A stretch of DNA of 64,000 nucleotides from an uncultured bacterium (GTDB lineage: Bacteria; Muiribacteriota; UBA9980). The notes under the pieces were generated by a model that worked only from the letters and a program-made list of their open reading frames with translations, was not told the origin of the DNA and searched no databases. The stretch is taken from contig CAYQWL010000001.1 in the NCBI GenBank assembly GCA_964421195.1, positions 5,203 to 69,202 of the forward strand, in the 5' to 3' direction. How positions within the stretch are numbered: the first letter of the stretch is position 1; every line of letters begins with the position of its first letter. The position numbers and the translations under genes were made by a program. Of the stretch, positions 21,585 to 30,136 are shown piece after piece.

Positions 21585-22706
21585 TTATTTAAGCGCTTCG
21601 AGTAACTCGCGCACTTCCGGTTCCTGCATCGCGGCAGGTTTTAATTTTTTAACTAATTCTTTTTTCATGGTATAAAGTTTTTCCGTCTTTTTATAAGCGC
21701 CTTTTTTAAAATTAGATGCAAATTCGCTTATTTTCGAATAGTTAAGTTCCTGAACATCCTTATCGGTCAAAGCTATATTTACTTCTTCATACGAGTTCAA
21801 TTTAGCTTTAGCTGCTTCGAGGATTTCAAGTTCTTTTTTACTGACGGAAGTCTTTTTAGCTTCGCCGGCTATTAAATTTTCGTTAATTTTACTTTTAACG
21901 ACGCTGCGATGGTAATGATTATTATTGTAGTTATTATTATAACCGCCGCTGGCATAAGACATCATGTTAGCGATTGCCTGTTCAGTGCTCTTATAATAAG
22001 CTTTTCTCATTAAACGGGTAAGGTCGTTCATGCTTCTTAAATATCTCGCGCTGACAAGTAAAACTCTATCGGCGTTAGCGTAGCTTGAAATTCCATCCCA
22101 GCAACGGCACGCATCGTCAGCCGTAATATCGGGAATAATTCCAGAACGTTCCATATTACGAATTATAGCCGCTTCACTGTCTTTATAATACACTTTTACC
22201 ACGAGCCTGAATAAGCCTTTTAACGAATTAATCCGAGCCGAACCGTTTATTAATATACCATCGGCTACCTGATAGTTCGAAGCCGCATCCCATGCGCGCA
22301 GTAAATCATCGACTGAAGTATAACCGGGATTATAAGGCGGAGTATATGGCGATGGCTGAGGAGTATAAGGATCATAAGGTGAAGGTTGTGGAGGAGTATA
22401 TGGCGACGGCTGCGGCGGAGTATATGGGCTATACGGTGAAGGGGGAATAGGATTGGCATAGCCGCAATAAGGGCATATATTGCTGCCGGGAGAATACGGG
22501 CCATTATCGCCCTGCTGATGATAAGTTCTTTTGCAGTTATTGCATTGGTGTGAATGGCCTGGATGCGCAGGATCATAATGCTTGCTAACATTAACATTGG
22601 TGTTAACTGAAGCGCTTAAATCAGCGGCATCAACCGGAGCTAATTGTGAAACGCAAACTACCGCAGCAATAGCGATACCCGAAACGATTTTTTTAACTAA
22701 ACTCAT
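21585..22706 (-). CDS. Secreted proline-rich repeat protein (PSPYTPPQ repeats) with a Cys-rich zinc-ribbon-like segment and an internally duplicated C-terminal domain
   Basis: Signal peptide. 'CNNCK...CPYCG' segment. Five or more PSPYTPPQ-type repeats. Two homologous ~55-aa units (DDLLRAWDAASNYQVADG... and DDACRCWDGISSYANADR...). Confidence 0.55.
   Translation of the reverse strand: MSLVKKIVSGIAIAAVVCVSQLAPVDAADLSASVNTNVNVSKHYDPAHPGHSHQCNNCKRTYHQQGDNGPYSPGSNICPYCGYANPIPPSPYSPYTPPQPSPYTPPQPSPYDPYTPQPSPYTPPYNPGYTSVDDLLRAWDAASNYQVADGILINGSARINSLKGLFRLVVKVYYKDSEAAIIRNMERSGIIPDITADDACRCWDGISSYANADRVLLVSARYLRSMNDLTRLMRKAYYKSTEQAIANMMSYASGGYNNNYNNNHYHRSVVKSKINENLIAGEAKKTSVSKKELEILEAAKAKLNSYEEVNIALTDKDVQELNYSKISEFASNFKKGAYKKTEKLYTMKKELVKKLKPAAMQEPEVRELLEALK
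22320..22450. repeat. Imperfect tandem DNA repeats of about 24 bp encoding the PSPYTPPQ units
   Basis: Recurrent GGAGGAGTATATGGCGACGGCTG-like units read directly from the sequence. Confidence 0.5.
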
Positions 22707-22788
22707 AATTTAATACCTCCTGCTATACCTATTTTAGTGTATTTTTACACCAGAATTAAACTTTAAATCATTAATAATAAGGCTTTTA

Positions 22789-23829
22789 TTATAAGGAACC
22801 TGCTTTTTCGGCCTGTTTTTGACTTTCTTCAAGCAATTTTTGATATTTTTCAGCTGCCGATTTATAAGCGTCAAATTCAGCGCCGTTTTCTTTAGCGCCG
22901 GCCTTTACATAATTTTGATAAGCTATGTTCATAGCTTCCTGAGCTGATTTTAAAGCTTCGTTTCCTTCGGCCGGAGCGGCTTTAGCGACATTATCAGATG
23001 CGGCCCGATTGGAAAGCCCTAACTTTTCACATGCCTGATTACGATATGAACTGGTAATGGTGATAGCCGCATTACGTTCTTTATAAACATCTTCATATTT
23101 CGAATGGGCTTCTTCCCATACTTTTTCATAATGGCCGGCTACATATTGCTTATCGTAATAACCGTCAACCCATACTTTTTCATATTCGCCATCGACCCAT
23201 ACTTTTTCATAACCGCCATCGACCCATACTTTTTCATAACCGCCATCGACCCATATTTTATCGTATTGACCGGTTTCGTCATTATAAACTTCATCGTAAT
23301 GTCCGTCTTTTTTAACGTCTTTATAATAACCGTCTTTATAAACGTCTTTATAATAACCGTCTTTTTTAACGTCTTTATAATGTCCGTCTATCCATACGTC
23401 TTTATAATAAGCGGGTATAAAACGGTCATAATAACCGGCCGGATAATTAACGAGTTGTTGTTCGTAATAGCCTTCTTTAACCGTTATAGCGCTTTGAACG
23501 GCTTTTTCGAACATTGCCCGCGCTTCAGCGCTGCTTGCGAGTTTTTCGGCTGAAAGGCCGGCTTTAAAGTACGCTTCGATCATAGTATTGGCATCGGCTT
23601 CAGCTTTAGCTTTATCGGTATATGTTTTTCCTAATTTAGCCTGATATTCAGCGGCGGCGGCTTTATAATATTCGAGGGCTTTTTGATATTCGCCGGCGCT
23701 ATATGCTTTATCGCCTTTTTGAAGATTACTGAGCATTGGATTATCGCAGCCCGAAGATATTACCGATACAAAGCCTATAATCAACAATAACGTTAATAAC
23801 CTGAAATTTTTTTTCATACTACAATACAC
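22789..23829 (-). CDS. Lipoprotein with two families of tandem short repeats (DGYYKDVK ×5, VWVDGGYEK ×4) flanked by Ala/Lys-rich helical regions
   Basis: Signal peptide with lipobox 'ISSGC'. Repeats read directly from the translation. RBS GGGAGG. Confidence 0.6.
   Translation of the reverse strand: MYCSMKKNFRLLTLLLIIGFVSVISSGCDNPMLSNLQKGDKAYSAGEYQKALEYYKAAAAEYQAKLGKTYTDKAKAEADANTMIEAYFKAGLSAEKLASSAEARAMFEKAVQSAITVKEGYYEQQLVNYPAGYYDRFIPAYYKDVWIDGHYKDVKKDGYYKDVYKDGYYKDVKKDGHYDEVYNDETGQYDKIWVDGGYEKVWVDGGYEKVWVDGEYEKVWVDGYYDKQYVAGHYEKVWEEAHSKYEDVYKERNAAITITSSYRNQACEKLGLSNRAASDNVAKAAPAEGNEALKSAQEAMNIAYQNYVKAGAKENGAEFDAYKSAAEKYQKLLEESQKQAEKAGSL
23160..23420. repeat. Tandem 27-bp DNA repeats (two perfect copies at 23187-23213 and 23214-23240, plus diverged copies) and 24-bp repeats within the lipoprotein gene
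   Basis: Unit CGCCATCGACCCATACTTTTTCATAAC is repeated exactly. Adjacent units CGTCTTTATAATAACCGTCTTT(T/A) are repeated. Confidence 0.7.
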
Positions 23830-24074
23830 CTCCCGATCATTCTTAAAACGGCATTATAAATTTGCCGTAATTAACATTCTAATTCTAATTTTTAAATTTG
23901 CACCTCCGACATTTTAAAAATCCGAACCTTCGATTTATATATTCGATTTTCAAAATAATTTGCATTTACACGTTCAATAATAATACCTTTTTAAAATTAA
24001 AATTGTTTGTTTATTTTATTTATGAGTTATTTTTTAAATTTTAAAATCACTTATATTTACAATTCACGTACAAC

Positions 24075-24860
24075 TTATATACGATTTTTATTATTATGTT
24101 TTATATCCGCCGTTCCGGAAAATCCATATTCTTTATAAAACATCAATGTTTTTTCACGCGTTATCTTATGCACCGCTTTCATGGTAATTACTAAATGGGG
24201 ATCATGAAGTTTTTTAATTCCGTCGAACATATCATGAAAAATAAGGTTCACGCCTTTAAATAGGGTACAATTAATTCCGGGCTGGATTATAGTGCAGGCA
24301 TATTTAACCATATCATAACCCTTTTTAAATTCTATTATCTTTTCCTTAACGATAAATAGATCGCCGGTTTTTAAAGTTACGGATATTTCAACATCACAAA
24401 ACGGAGTAGCATTCCATATTTCGACTAATTGCTCGATATAATCGGACGTTTCGGCGGTAAATTGTATATCTACGATAATACCGCTTCTTTTCCATAATTT
24501 CAAATGTTTAAATTCTGGAAGTATTTCATAAACCGCGCTATTTTCATCGCACAAACATTTAAAACGTTCCAATAATTTCGGCGATACTATACAGTAATAA
24601 TAATGAACATCCTGAACCAGAGCGGCCGTATTGTTTTTTTCAACATTTACTAAAGAAACCGAATCGACATATTTTAATATGTCTTCACCGCCGTAAAAAT
24701 AATCGCTGAAAAATACATTATGTTCAGACGCTTTTGGAATTTTTTCGCCGGCTGATAAATTATCGTAAAATAACGGCCAAAAATTTATTATCATCAATGA
24801 TACTATAATAACATTTAAAAAACGCCTATTATATGATAACATATTTTTTCTTCCCATCAA
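24075..24860 (-). CDS. Hypothetical membrane-anchored protein (261 aa)
   Basis: N-terminal TM helix. No motif recognised. First gene of the minus-strand array. Confidence 0.45.
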   Translation of the reverse strand: MMGRKNMLSYNRRFLNVIIVSLMIINFWPLFYDNLSAGEKIPKASEHNVFFSDYFYGGEDILKYVDSVSLVNVEKNNTAALVQDVHYYYCIVSPKLLERFKCLCDENSAVYEILPEFKHLKLWKRSGIIVDIQFTAETSDYIEQLVEIWNATPFCDVEISVTLKTGDLFIVKEKIIEFKKGYDMVKYACTIIQPGINCTLFKGVNLIFHDMFDGIKKLHDPHLVITMKAVHKITREKTLMFYKEYGFSGTADIKHNNKNRI

Positions 24861-25038
24861 AATTATTTTTCAAAAAAGCAATATTTTTTTATTACGGTTT
24901 AATTATATCCGCTGAAATTAGCAACGTCAACAAAGTTAGCTCAGTATTTTTTGTGTTTTTATAAATTTTACAACTTTTTAATTTTATTTTAATCCTAAAT
25001 TTTAGATTAACGGTAATTTGATAGTTTCGGATTCCACG

Positions 25039-25100
25039 TTCTGGATTCTAAATTCTGAATTCTGGGTTCTGGGTTCTGGATTCTGGATTCTGGATTCTGA
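25039..25100. repeat. Heptanucleotide microsatellite (TTCTGRR), about 9 units
   Basis: TTCTGGA TTCTAAA TTCTGAA TTCTGGG TTCTGGG TTCTGGA TTCTGGA TTCTGGA TTCTGA, located in the divergent promoter region. Confidence 0.8.
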
Positions 25101-25135
25101 TATAATTTGCATATATTTAACATATATGTTATAAT
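25098..25135 (+). promoter_or_regulatory. Tandem promoter elements for hldD: an extended -10 TGATATAAT, then TTGCAT-17-TATAAT that also carries an extended -10 (TGTTATAAT)
   Basis: TGATATAAT at 25098-25106. TTGCAT at 25107-25112, a 17-nt spacer, and TATAAT at 25130-25135. The downstream promoter is about 118 nt upstream of the hldD ATG. Confidence 0.5.
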
Positions 25136-25253
25136 TACACACCCGTTAGTGATCAAATATTAATTATCAAAAAAATTATGGACAATATAAACAACATTTA
25201 ACTAACATCGAAACGATTAAAAAAATGGTATAAATACAAATAGAGGTTTATTC

Positions 25254-26252
25254 ATGATAATAGTAACAGGAGGCGCCGGATTTATCGGAAGCGCCGTTAT
25301 ATGGAAATTAAATGAAATGGGCGAAAAAAATATTATCGCCGTTGATAATCTTTCAAACTCAACGAAATGGACGAATTTACGCTCCCTCTCTTTTCGTGAT
25401 TACATAGAAAAAAATGTATTTATCGAACTTATCGAAAAAGGCGCATTCGATAGCGATAACATAGAATGTTTAATCCACATGGGCGCATGTTCATCTACGA
25501 CGGAAACTAATTGCAGTTATCTTATAAACAACAATTATGAATATACTAAAAAACTTGCATGGTATTGCATAAAACGCGGCATACGATTTATTTACGCCAG
25601 CAGCGCGGCCACTTATGGCGCCGGGGAAAACGGATTTTCCGATAACGAAGCCGGAATTGAAAAACTAAAACCGCTTAACATGTATGGTTATTCAAAACAC
25701 CTATTTGATTTATACGCAAAATCGAACGGCATGTTAAATCAAATAACCGGCCTTAAATTTTTCAATGTATTTGGGCCGAACGAATATCATAAAAACGACA
25801 TGAAAAGTTTAATTAATAAAGCTTATCATCAAATCAAAAAAAGCGGCGCCATAAATCTTTTCAAATCACACATACCCGAATATAAACACGGAGAGCAATT
25901 ACGCGATTTCATATATATTAAGCAGGCAGTCGAACATCTCGCATTTTTCATCGAACGCCGGGACGTTAATGGAATATTCAATGCAGGCAGCGGTTCGGCC
26001 GCAAGCTGGAACAGTTTAGCGGGCGCTATTTTTAACGCGCTCGGTATGGAAGTTAAAATAAATTATATAGACATGCCAGTAGAAATAAGAGACAAATACC
26101 AGTATTTCACCGAAGCGGATATGTCAAAATTAAATGCGGCGCAATTTCAATCAAATACGCAGCCAAAAAAATACGGACTCGAAGAAGCCGTTAAAGATTA
26201 TGTAATAAATTATCTCGAAAAAAACGAAAAAAATCTTGACGCGCAAAAATAG
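25254..26252 (+). CDS. hldD: ADP-L-glycero-D-manno-heptose 6-epimerase
   Basis: N-terminus 'MIIVTGGAGFIGSAVIWKLNEMG...IIAVDNLSNSTKWTNL' closely matches the HldD/RfaD signature. 'YGYSKHLFD' YxxxK motif. Length 332 aa. Confidence 0.8.
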   Translation: MIIVTGGAGFIGSAVIWKLNEMGEKNIIAVDNLSNSTKWTNLRSLSFRDYIEKNVFIELIEKGAFDSDNIECLIHMGACSSTTETNCSYLINNNYEYTKKLAWYCIKRGIRFIYASSAATYGAGENGFSDNEAGIEKLKPLNMYGYSKHLFDLYAKSNGMLNQITGLKFFNVFGPNEYHKNDMKSLINKAYHQIKKSGAINLFKSHIPEYKHGEQLRDFIYIKQAVEHLAFFIERRDVNGIFNAGSGSAASWNSLAGAIFNALGMEVKINYIDMPVEIRDKYQYFTEADMSKLNAAQFQSNTQPKKYGLEEAVKDYVINYLEKNEKNLDAQK

Positions 26253-26297
26253 CTTTAATCATATAAGCAAAAAGAATTTTAATAAAAAAACACCTGT

Positions 26298-27386
26298 TTA
26301 AAGCCGGTCAAATCCTTTAAACCGCGCCCGGCCGTCGTATAAAAATGTATAAGAGATTGCGCCGGATGGGCATATATTAATACAACGCAAGCAGTACATA
26401 CAATGGCTGTTTCTCACGGGATAACCGGTATCGGGATCCATTGAAATAAGCCGCATGGGACAGTTTAGAACGCAAAGGCCGCATTTTACACACTTTTCAG
26501 TTAAAATACGGCTTCCAATAGATAGTTTCATCGTCGCATAAAGCGCTTTTTCAACGGCGCGGCCTATCGCGCGTTCGACAATCGAAGCGCGGGTAAAAGG
26601 CAGCGAAACAATCGAACTGATTTTAGCATTTTTTACCATACCGATCGAATCAAGAAATTTTTCTATTTTATTAACTATTTTTGGGCGGCGGTAATGCAGG
26701 TATTTTTTTAAAATATTATCGGCCGCCGCAAATTTTGGCAAAATCGGCACGAATTCAGTATGAATTATATAATCATCGGTATGCCCTATAACTTCGAAAC
26801 CACGGCTTTCGATAAGATTTTTAAAATTTTCCCGGAACCAGACCGGCCCCTGCATATGCGCGCCAAACGTAAACGCTTTTTTACGAAACATTTGAACGGA
26901 AATACTATTAACGAAACTTGAAAAAACCGCGGCCGGTTCAAAAAAATAAACGGGCGATCCAAAACCGATTAAATCAAAACACGACATATAGCGCACGAAA
27001 TTTTCCATTTTTTTATTCAGACGCGCTATAGCCGAAAATTCGTTTTTACCGGCCGCCTCAACTTCAGCCGAAGTAAAAGTAGAAGCAGGAATAGAAATAA
27101 AATCAGAATCAGTAACGGCGGCATTAAATGAAGCGCCAACTTCAGAATTAAAACCGGCGGCGGCGGCCGTGATTTTTAATTTTTTTCGAAGCGGAACGCG
27201 GCGTTCAGCTTCGTCCATATAAGCCGGAATAACGGGATTTATCCGCCATAATTCCGCCGTATCGAATTGCTTTTCAATATTGAAAAGATCGCAGCGATGC
27301 CCGCGGGCGTTTATAGCCGCGCCCAATTCCGAAGCAAGATATTTCGTACCGCCGGTTGCGGAAAAATAAATTATCAATACATTCAT
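26298..27386 (-). CDS. Flavodoxin-like domain fused to a 2×[4Fe-4S] ferredoxin domain (EFR1-like)
   Basis: N-terminus 'VLIIYFSATGGTKYLA' (flavodoxin). C-terminus 'CVKCGLCVLNCP ... CMYCLRCINICP' (two CxxCxxCxxxCP clusters). Confidence 0.65.
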   Translation of the reverse strand: MNVLIIYFSATGGTKYLASELGAAINARGHRCDLFNIEKQFDTAELWRINPVIPAYMDEAERRVPLRKKLKITAAAAGFNSEVGASFNAAVTDSDFISIPASTFTSAEVEAAGKNEFSAIARLNKKMENFVRYMSCFDLIGFGSPVYFFEPAAVFSSFVNSISVQMFRKKAFTFGAHMQGPVWFRENFKNLIESRGFEVIGHTDDYIIHTEFVPILPKFAAADNILKKYLHYRRPKIVNKIEKFLDSIGMVKNAKISSIVSLPFTRASIVERAIGRAVEKALYATMKLSIGSRILTEKCVKCGLCVLNCPMRLISMDPDTGYPVRNSHCMYCLRCINICPSGAISYTFLYDGRARFKGFDRL

Positions 27387-27428
27387 ATATTATAATCCTT
27401 TATAATAAAATTCATCCGCCTGCTTCAT

Positions 27429-27995
27429 TTACAATCCAATTTCTTCATGCTCCGCCTGCATGGCTTTTAAAGACTCACCTATAAATTCACCGAGCGGTAT
27501 TCCCATCCGTTCAACCGCGCAGATTTTTTCACGATTAGCGCCCGCGGCAAAACGTTTTTCATGAAAACGCTTCATTATAAACTCGACATTAATGGAGGCG
27601 AGTTTTTTATCGGGATGTATAAGCGCGCCCGCCACTATAAGACCGGTAACCTGATCGGCCGAATAAAGCATACGCGACATTTCATCGCCGGCCGGTTCGG
27701 TTTTCGGATGGTTTGTTACAGCCTGAATTATATCATCTAAAAAGCCGTTTTCTTTAAGTATTTCGGCGCTTTTTTTACCGTGCAGCGAAGGATTTTCCCT
27801 GGTAAGCTCGACGTCTATATCATGAACAAGGCCGGCTAACGCCCATTTATGTTTATCGCCGTTAAAGCGGGAAGCGAAATGTTTCATTACAATTTCAACG
27901 GCTATCATATGTTTAATAAGATTATTATTTTTAACATATTTTTTTATTAATTCGATCGCGTCTTCCCTTTGCATGTTACCTCCAGAAATTTTCAC
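27429..27995 (-). CDS. HD-domain phosphohydrolase (YqeK/HDIG-like)
   Basis: 'H...HDID' metal-binding motif (KHMIAVE...GLVHDIDVE) plus a downstream 'NH' motif. Length 188 aa. Confidence 0.6.
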   Translation of the reverse strand: MKISGGNMQREDAIELIKKYVKNNNLIKHMIAVEIVMKHFASRFNGDKHKWALAGLVHDIDVELTRENPSLHGKKSAEILKENGFLDDIIQAVTNHPKTEPAGDEMSRMLYSADQVTGLIVAGALIHPDKKLASINVEFIMKRFHEKRFAAGANREKICAVERMGIPLGEFIGESLKAMQAEHEEIGL

Positions 27996-28080
27996 CGTCT
28001 CAAACGGTCTTTAACTATGCCAGTCAATATTATACACTTTTTTTTACGAAAATAAAAGAAAAATCAGATTTCATATTTCG

Positions 28081-29469
28081 TCATATTTCAATCGAATATT
28101 TTTTCATTTTACGCCACAGAGTGGAATAATCTATTTTTAAAAACCGCGCCGCGCTTTTTTTATCGCCCTTAAACATTTCCAGCGCATTAACGAGCGAAAC
28201 TTTTTCGGCATTTTCAACGGCGCGGTCCAGCGTTACGGGAGAATAAATAACTTTTTCCGAACGCGGCGCGGAACGCATTTGCGTTATAAAGCTCCGGCAT
28301 TCAGCCGGAAGATGTTCGGGCATAAGCTTACCGTCACGGCAAAATATATAAGCATATTCTAATATATTTTCAAGTTCCCGAATATTACCCGGAAAATCAT
28401 AAATCGCAAAAAATTTAAGAACTTTCTCGGATATATCGATTATTTTATTATTTTTAACGCCGTTAAATTTACTTATAAAATGCCGCGCAAGAACTTCGAT
28501 ATCCTCACGGCGCTCCGAAAGAGAAGGGATTTTTATATTAACTATCTTCAAACGATAATACAGGTCTTCTCTGAATTTTTCCCTTTTAACCATAGCCGCG
28601 AGATCTTTATTTGTAGCGGCTATTATTCGCACATCCGCTTTTTTAGTGGATACCGCGCCGAGCGGTTCATATTGCTTATCTTCTATTACACGCAGCAATT
28701 TCACCTGTAAATGAAAAGGCATTTCAGCTATTTCATCAAGAAATATAGTTCCTCCTTCGGCGAGAGCGAAACGGCCGGACTTATTTCTTTTAGCGTCGGT
28801 AAACGCGCCCTTTTCATAACCAAAAAGTTCGGATTCAAGAAGCGTTTCCGGCAAAGCGCCGCAATTAACGGTGATAAAAGGTTTTTTAGAACGTTCGGAT
28901 AAATTATGAAGAGTTTTTGCAACAAGGCTTTTCCCGCAGCCAGATGCTCCTTCTATAAGTACGTTACAATCGCTTTCGGCTATATCCGGCAGAATATTAA
29001 AAAGCGTTTTCATATATTCGCTTTTACCGACAATATCATAATGCGAATATTTTTCATCGAGTTCTTTTTTTAAATTTTCTATACCTGAAACGTCTTTAAA
29101 AATTTCAACGCCGCCTGAAATTTTACCGTTTTCATCAAATAACGGACCGGCCGTAACGCATATAGGTAAGCGCCTGCCCCTCGCCGTTTGAATTTCAATT
29201 CTAACGCCGCCGACCTGCTTTTCTTTTTTTATGGCTTCTTTAAGCGGGCAGGCCGTCCTGCATATCGAAGTATTGAAAACATCAAAACAATTTTTAGTAA
29301 GGGCCGCTCCGCGCGATAAACCCGTAATAAGCTCCGCCGCATGATTAAATGCCGTTATTTTAAAGTCTTCATCCACCAGAAAAATACCATCTTCTATATA
29401 ATCGAGCAACTGATTTACATCCACTAAAACCACTTCCCGGAAAAACCTTTTATTATAACATAAAGACAT
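28081..29469 (-). CDS. σ54-dependent transcriptional activator (bEBP) with an N-terminal Cys-rich PAS sensor and no receiver domain
   Basis: AAA+ Walker A 'GASGCGKS'. The σ54-contact GAFTGA loop is present as 'GAFTDA'. 'ESELFGYEKGAFT' motif. C-terminal Fis-type helix-turn-helix 'AARFLKIDYSTLWRKMKKY'. PAS-like region carrying 5 Cys. Confidence 0.9.
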   Translation of the reverse strand: MSLCYNKRFFREVVLVDVNQLLDYIEDGIFLVDEDFKITAFNHAAELITGLSRGAALTKNCFDVFNTSICRTACPLKEAIKKEKQVGGVRIEIQTARGRRLPICVTAGPLFDENGKISGGVEIFKDVSGIENLKKELDEKYSHYDIVGKSEYMKTLFNILPDIAESDCNVLIEGASGCGKSLVAKTLHNLSERSKKPFITVNCGALPETLLESELFGYEKGAFTDAKRNKSGRFALAEGGTIFLDEIAEMPFHLQVKLLRVIEDKQYEPLGAVSTKKADVRIIAATNKDLAAMVKREKFREDLYYRLKIVNIKIPSLSERREDIEVLARHFISKFNGVKNNKIIDISEKVLKFFAIYDFPGNIRELENILEYAYIFCRDGKLMPEHLPAECRSFITQMRSAPRSEKVIYSPVTLDRAVENAEKVSLVNALEMFKGDKKSAARFLKIDYSTLWRKMKKYSIEI

Positions 29470-29557
29470 AATTAAGTCTTACTGCCGGCTTTTACAATGA
29501 AAATAAATTAGAATTTTTAATTTAAAAACCTTTTATTATAACATAATAATTTTATAA

Positions 29558-29580
29558 TTGCAATAATGCAATTATTGCAA
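29558..29580. promoter_or_regulatory. Perfect 10-bp inverted repeat TTGCAATAAT-GCA-ATTATTGCAA, a candidate enhancer or operator
   Basis: Palindrome read directly from the sequence. It lies 89 nt upstream of the σ54-activator start and about 490 nt upstream of the σ54-like promoter. Confidence 0.5.
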
Positions 29581-30052
29581 AATTGCAGATATTTTATTTT
29601 TATATAATCTCGTATAAGTCCATATCAATAAACCGTACGGACATAAATTTAATTTTTTTATTCAAGTACAAATTGTCAAAATCAATCAGGAAAAATATTA
29701 AAAATACGATATTATTTTTCAAAAAAGATATATTAAAATTATAAAAATTATTGATAATCAGGAAACTTTATATTATAATAAAATACCTTATACTTATCGT
29801 ATGATTCAGAAAAAACTATTTATCTTTTTAGAAAGGCGGTGCCATATATGCATAAAACATTTAAAAACCTTTCGTGACGCTTTAACGGACAAACTTCGGC
29901 GAAGTTTAAAATTAAAAATATGCATATTACGCCTTTCGTTTATAAAACGGAAAAAATATAATTACACGTTTACCCGCTAAATATACACATATTTAACGCT
30001 TGTTTTTAAAAAAAATCATTTAAGGGATAAATAATTAATTTTCTATTTTTAA

Positions 30053-30068
30053 CGGCACGTTTTTCGCT
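30053..30068 (+). promoter_or_regulatory. σ54-type -24/-12 promoter candidate (cGGCACG-N4-TcGC) for the molybdenum-hydroxylase operon
   Basis: GG at 30054-55 and GC at 30066-67 with canonical spacing. GGCACG is a perfect -24 core, and the -12 element matches 3 of 4 (TcGC vs TTGC). It is 70 nt upstream of the 30137 ATG, with RBS AGGAGG. Confidence 0.45.
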
Positions 30069-30136
30069 TATAACGATAAGGAACGCATATCTTATACATT
30101 CGTTTTAAAAAATAAAATATTATTCAGGAGGCATCG

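Noticed and set aside
22265-23553. Overlapping ORFs 22265..22597 (minus strand) and 23104..23553 (plus strand) within the repeat-protein genes
   Set aside because: These are alternative-frame or antisense readings through repetitive DNA. The main frames carry signal peptides and RBSs.
25039-25100. Short direct repeats considered as a CRISPR array
   Set aside because: The units are 7 bp with no spacers, and there are no cas genes. It is a microsatellite, not a CRISPR array.
29838-29852. GGtgcc-N-TGCA as a possible σ54 promoter
   Set aside because: Only GG and GC match. The GGCACG-N4-TcGC element at 30053-30068 is a much better match and is correctly positioned.
29470-30136. Purine or NMT1-type riboswitch in the long leader of the molybdenum hydroxylase operon
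   Set aside because: I could not recognise the conserved riboswitch cores by eye. Only small hairpins are present, for example AAACTTC-ggc-GAAGTTT at 29891-29907. A covariance-model search would be needed.
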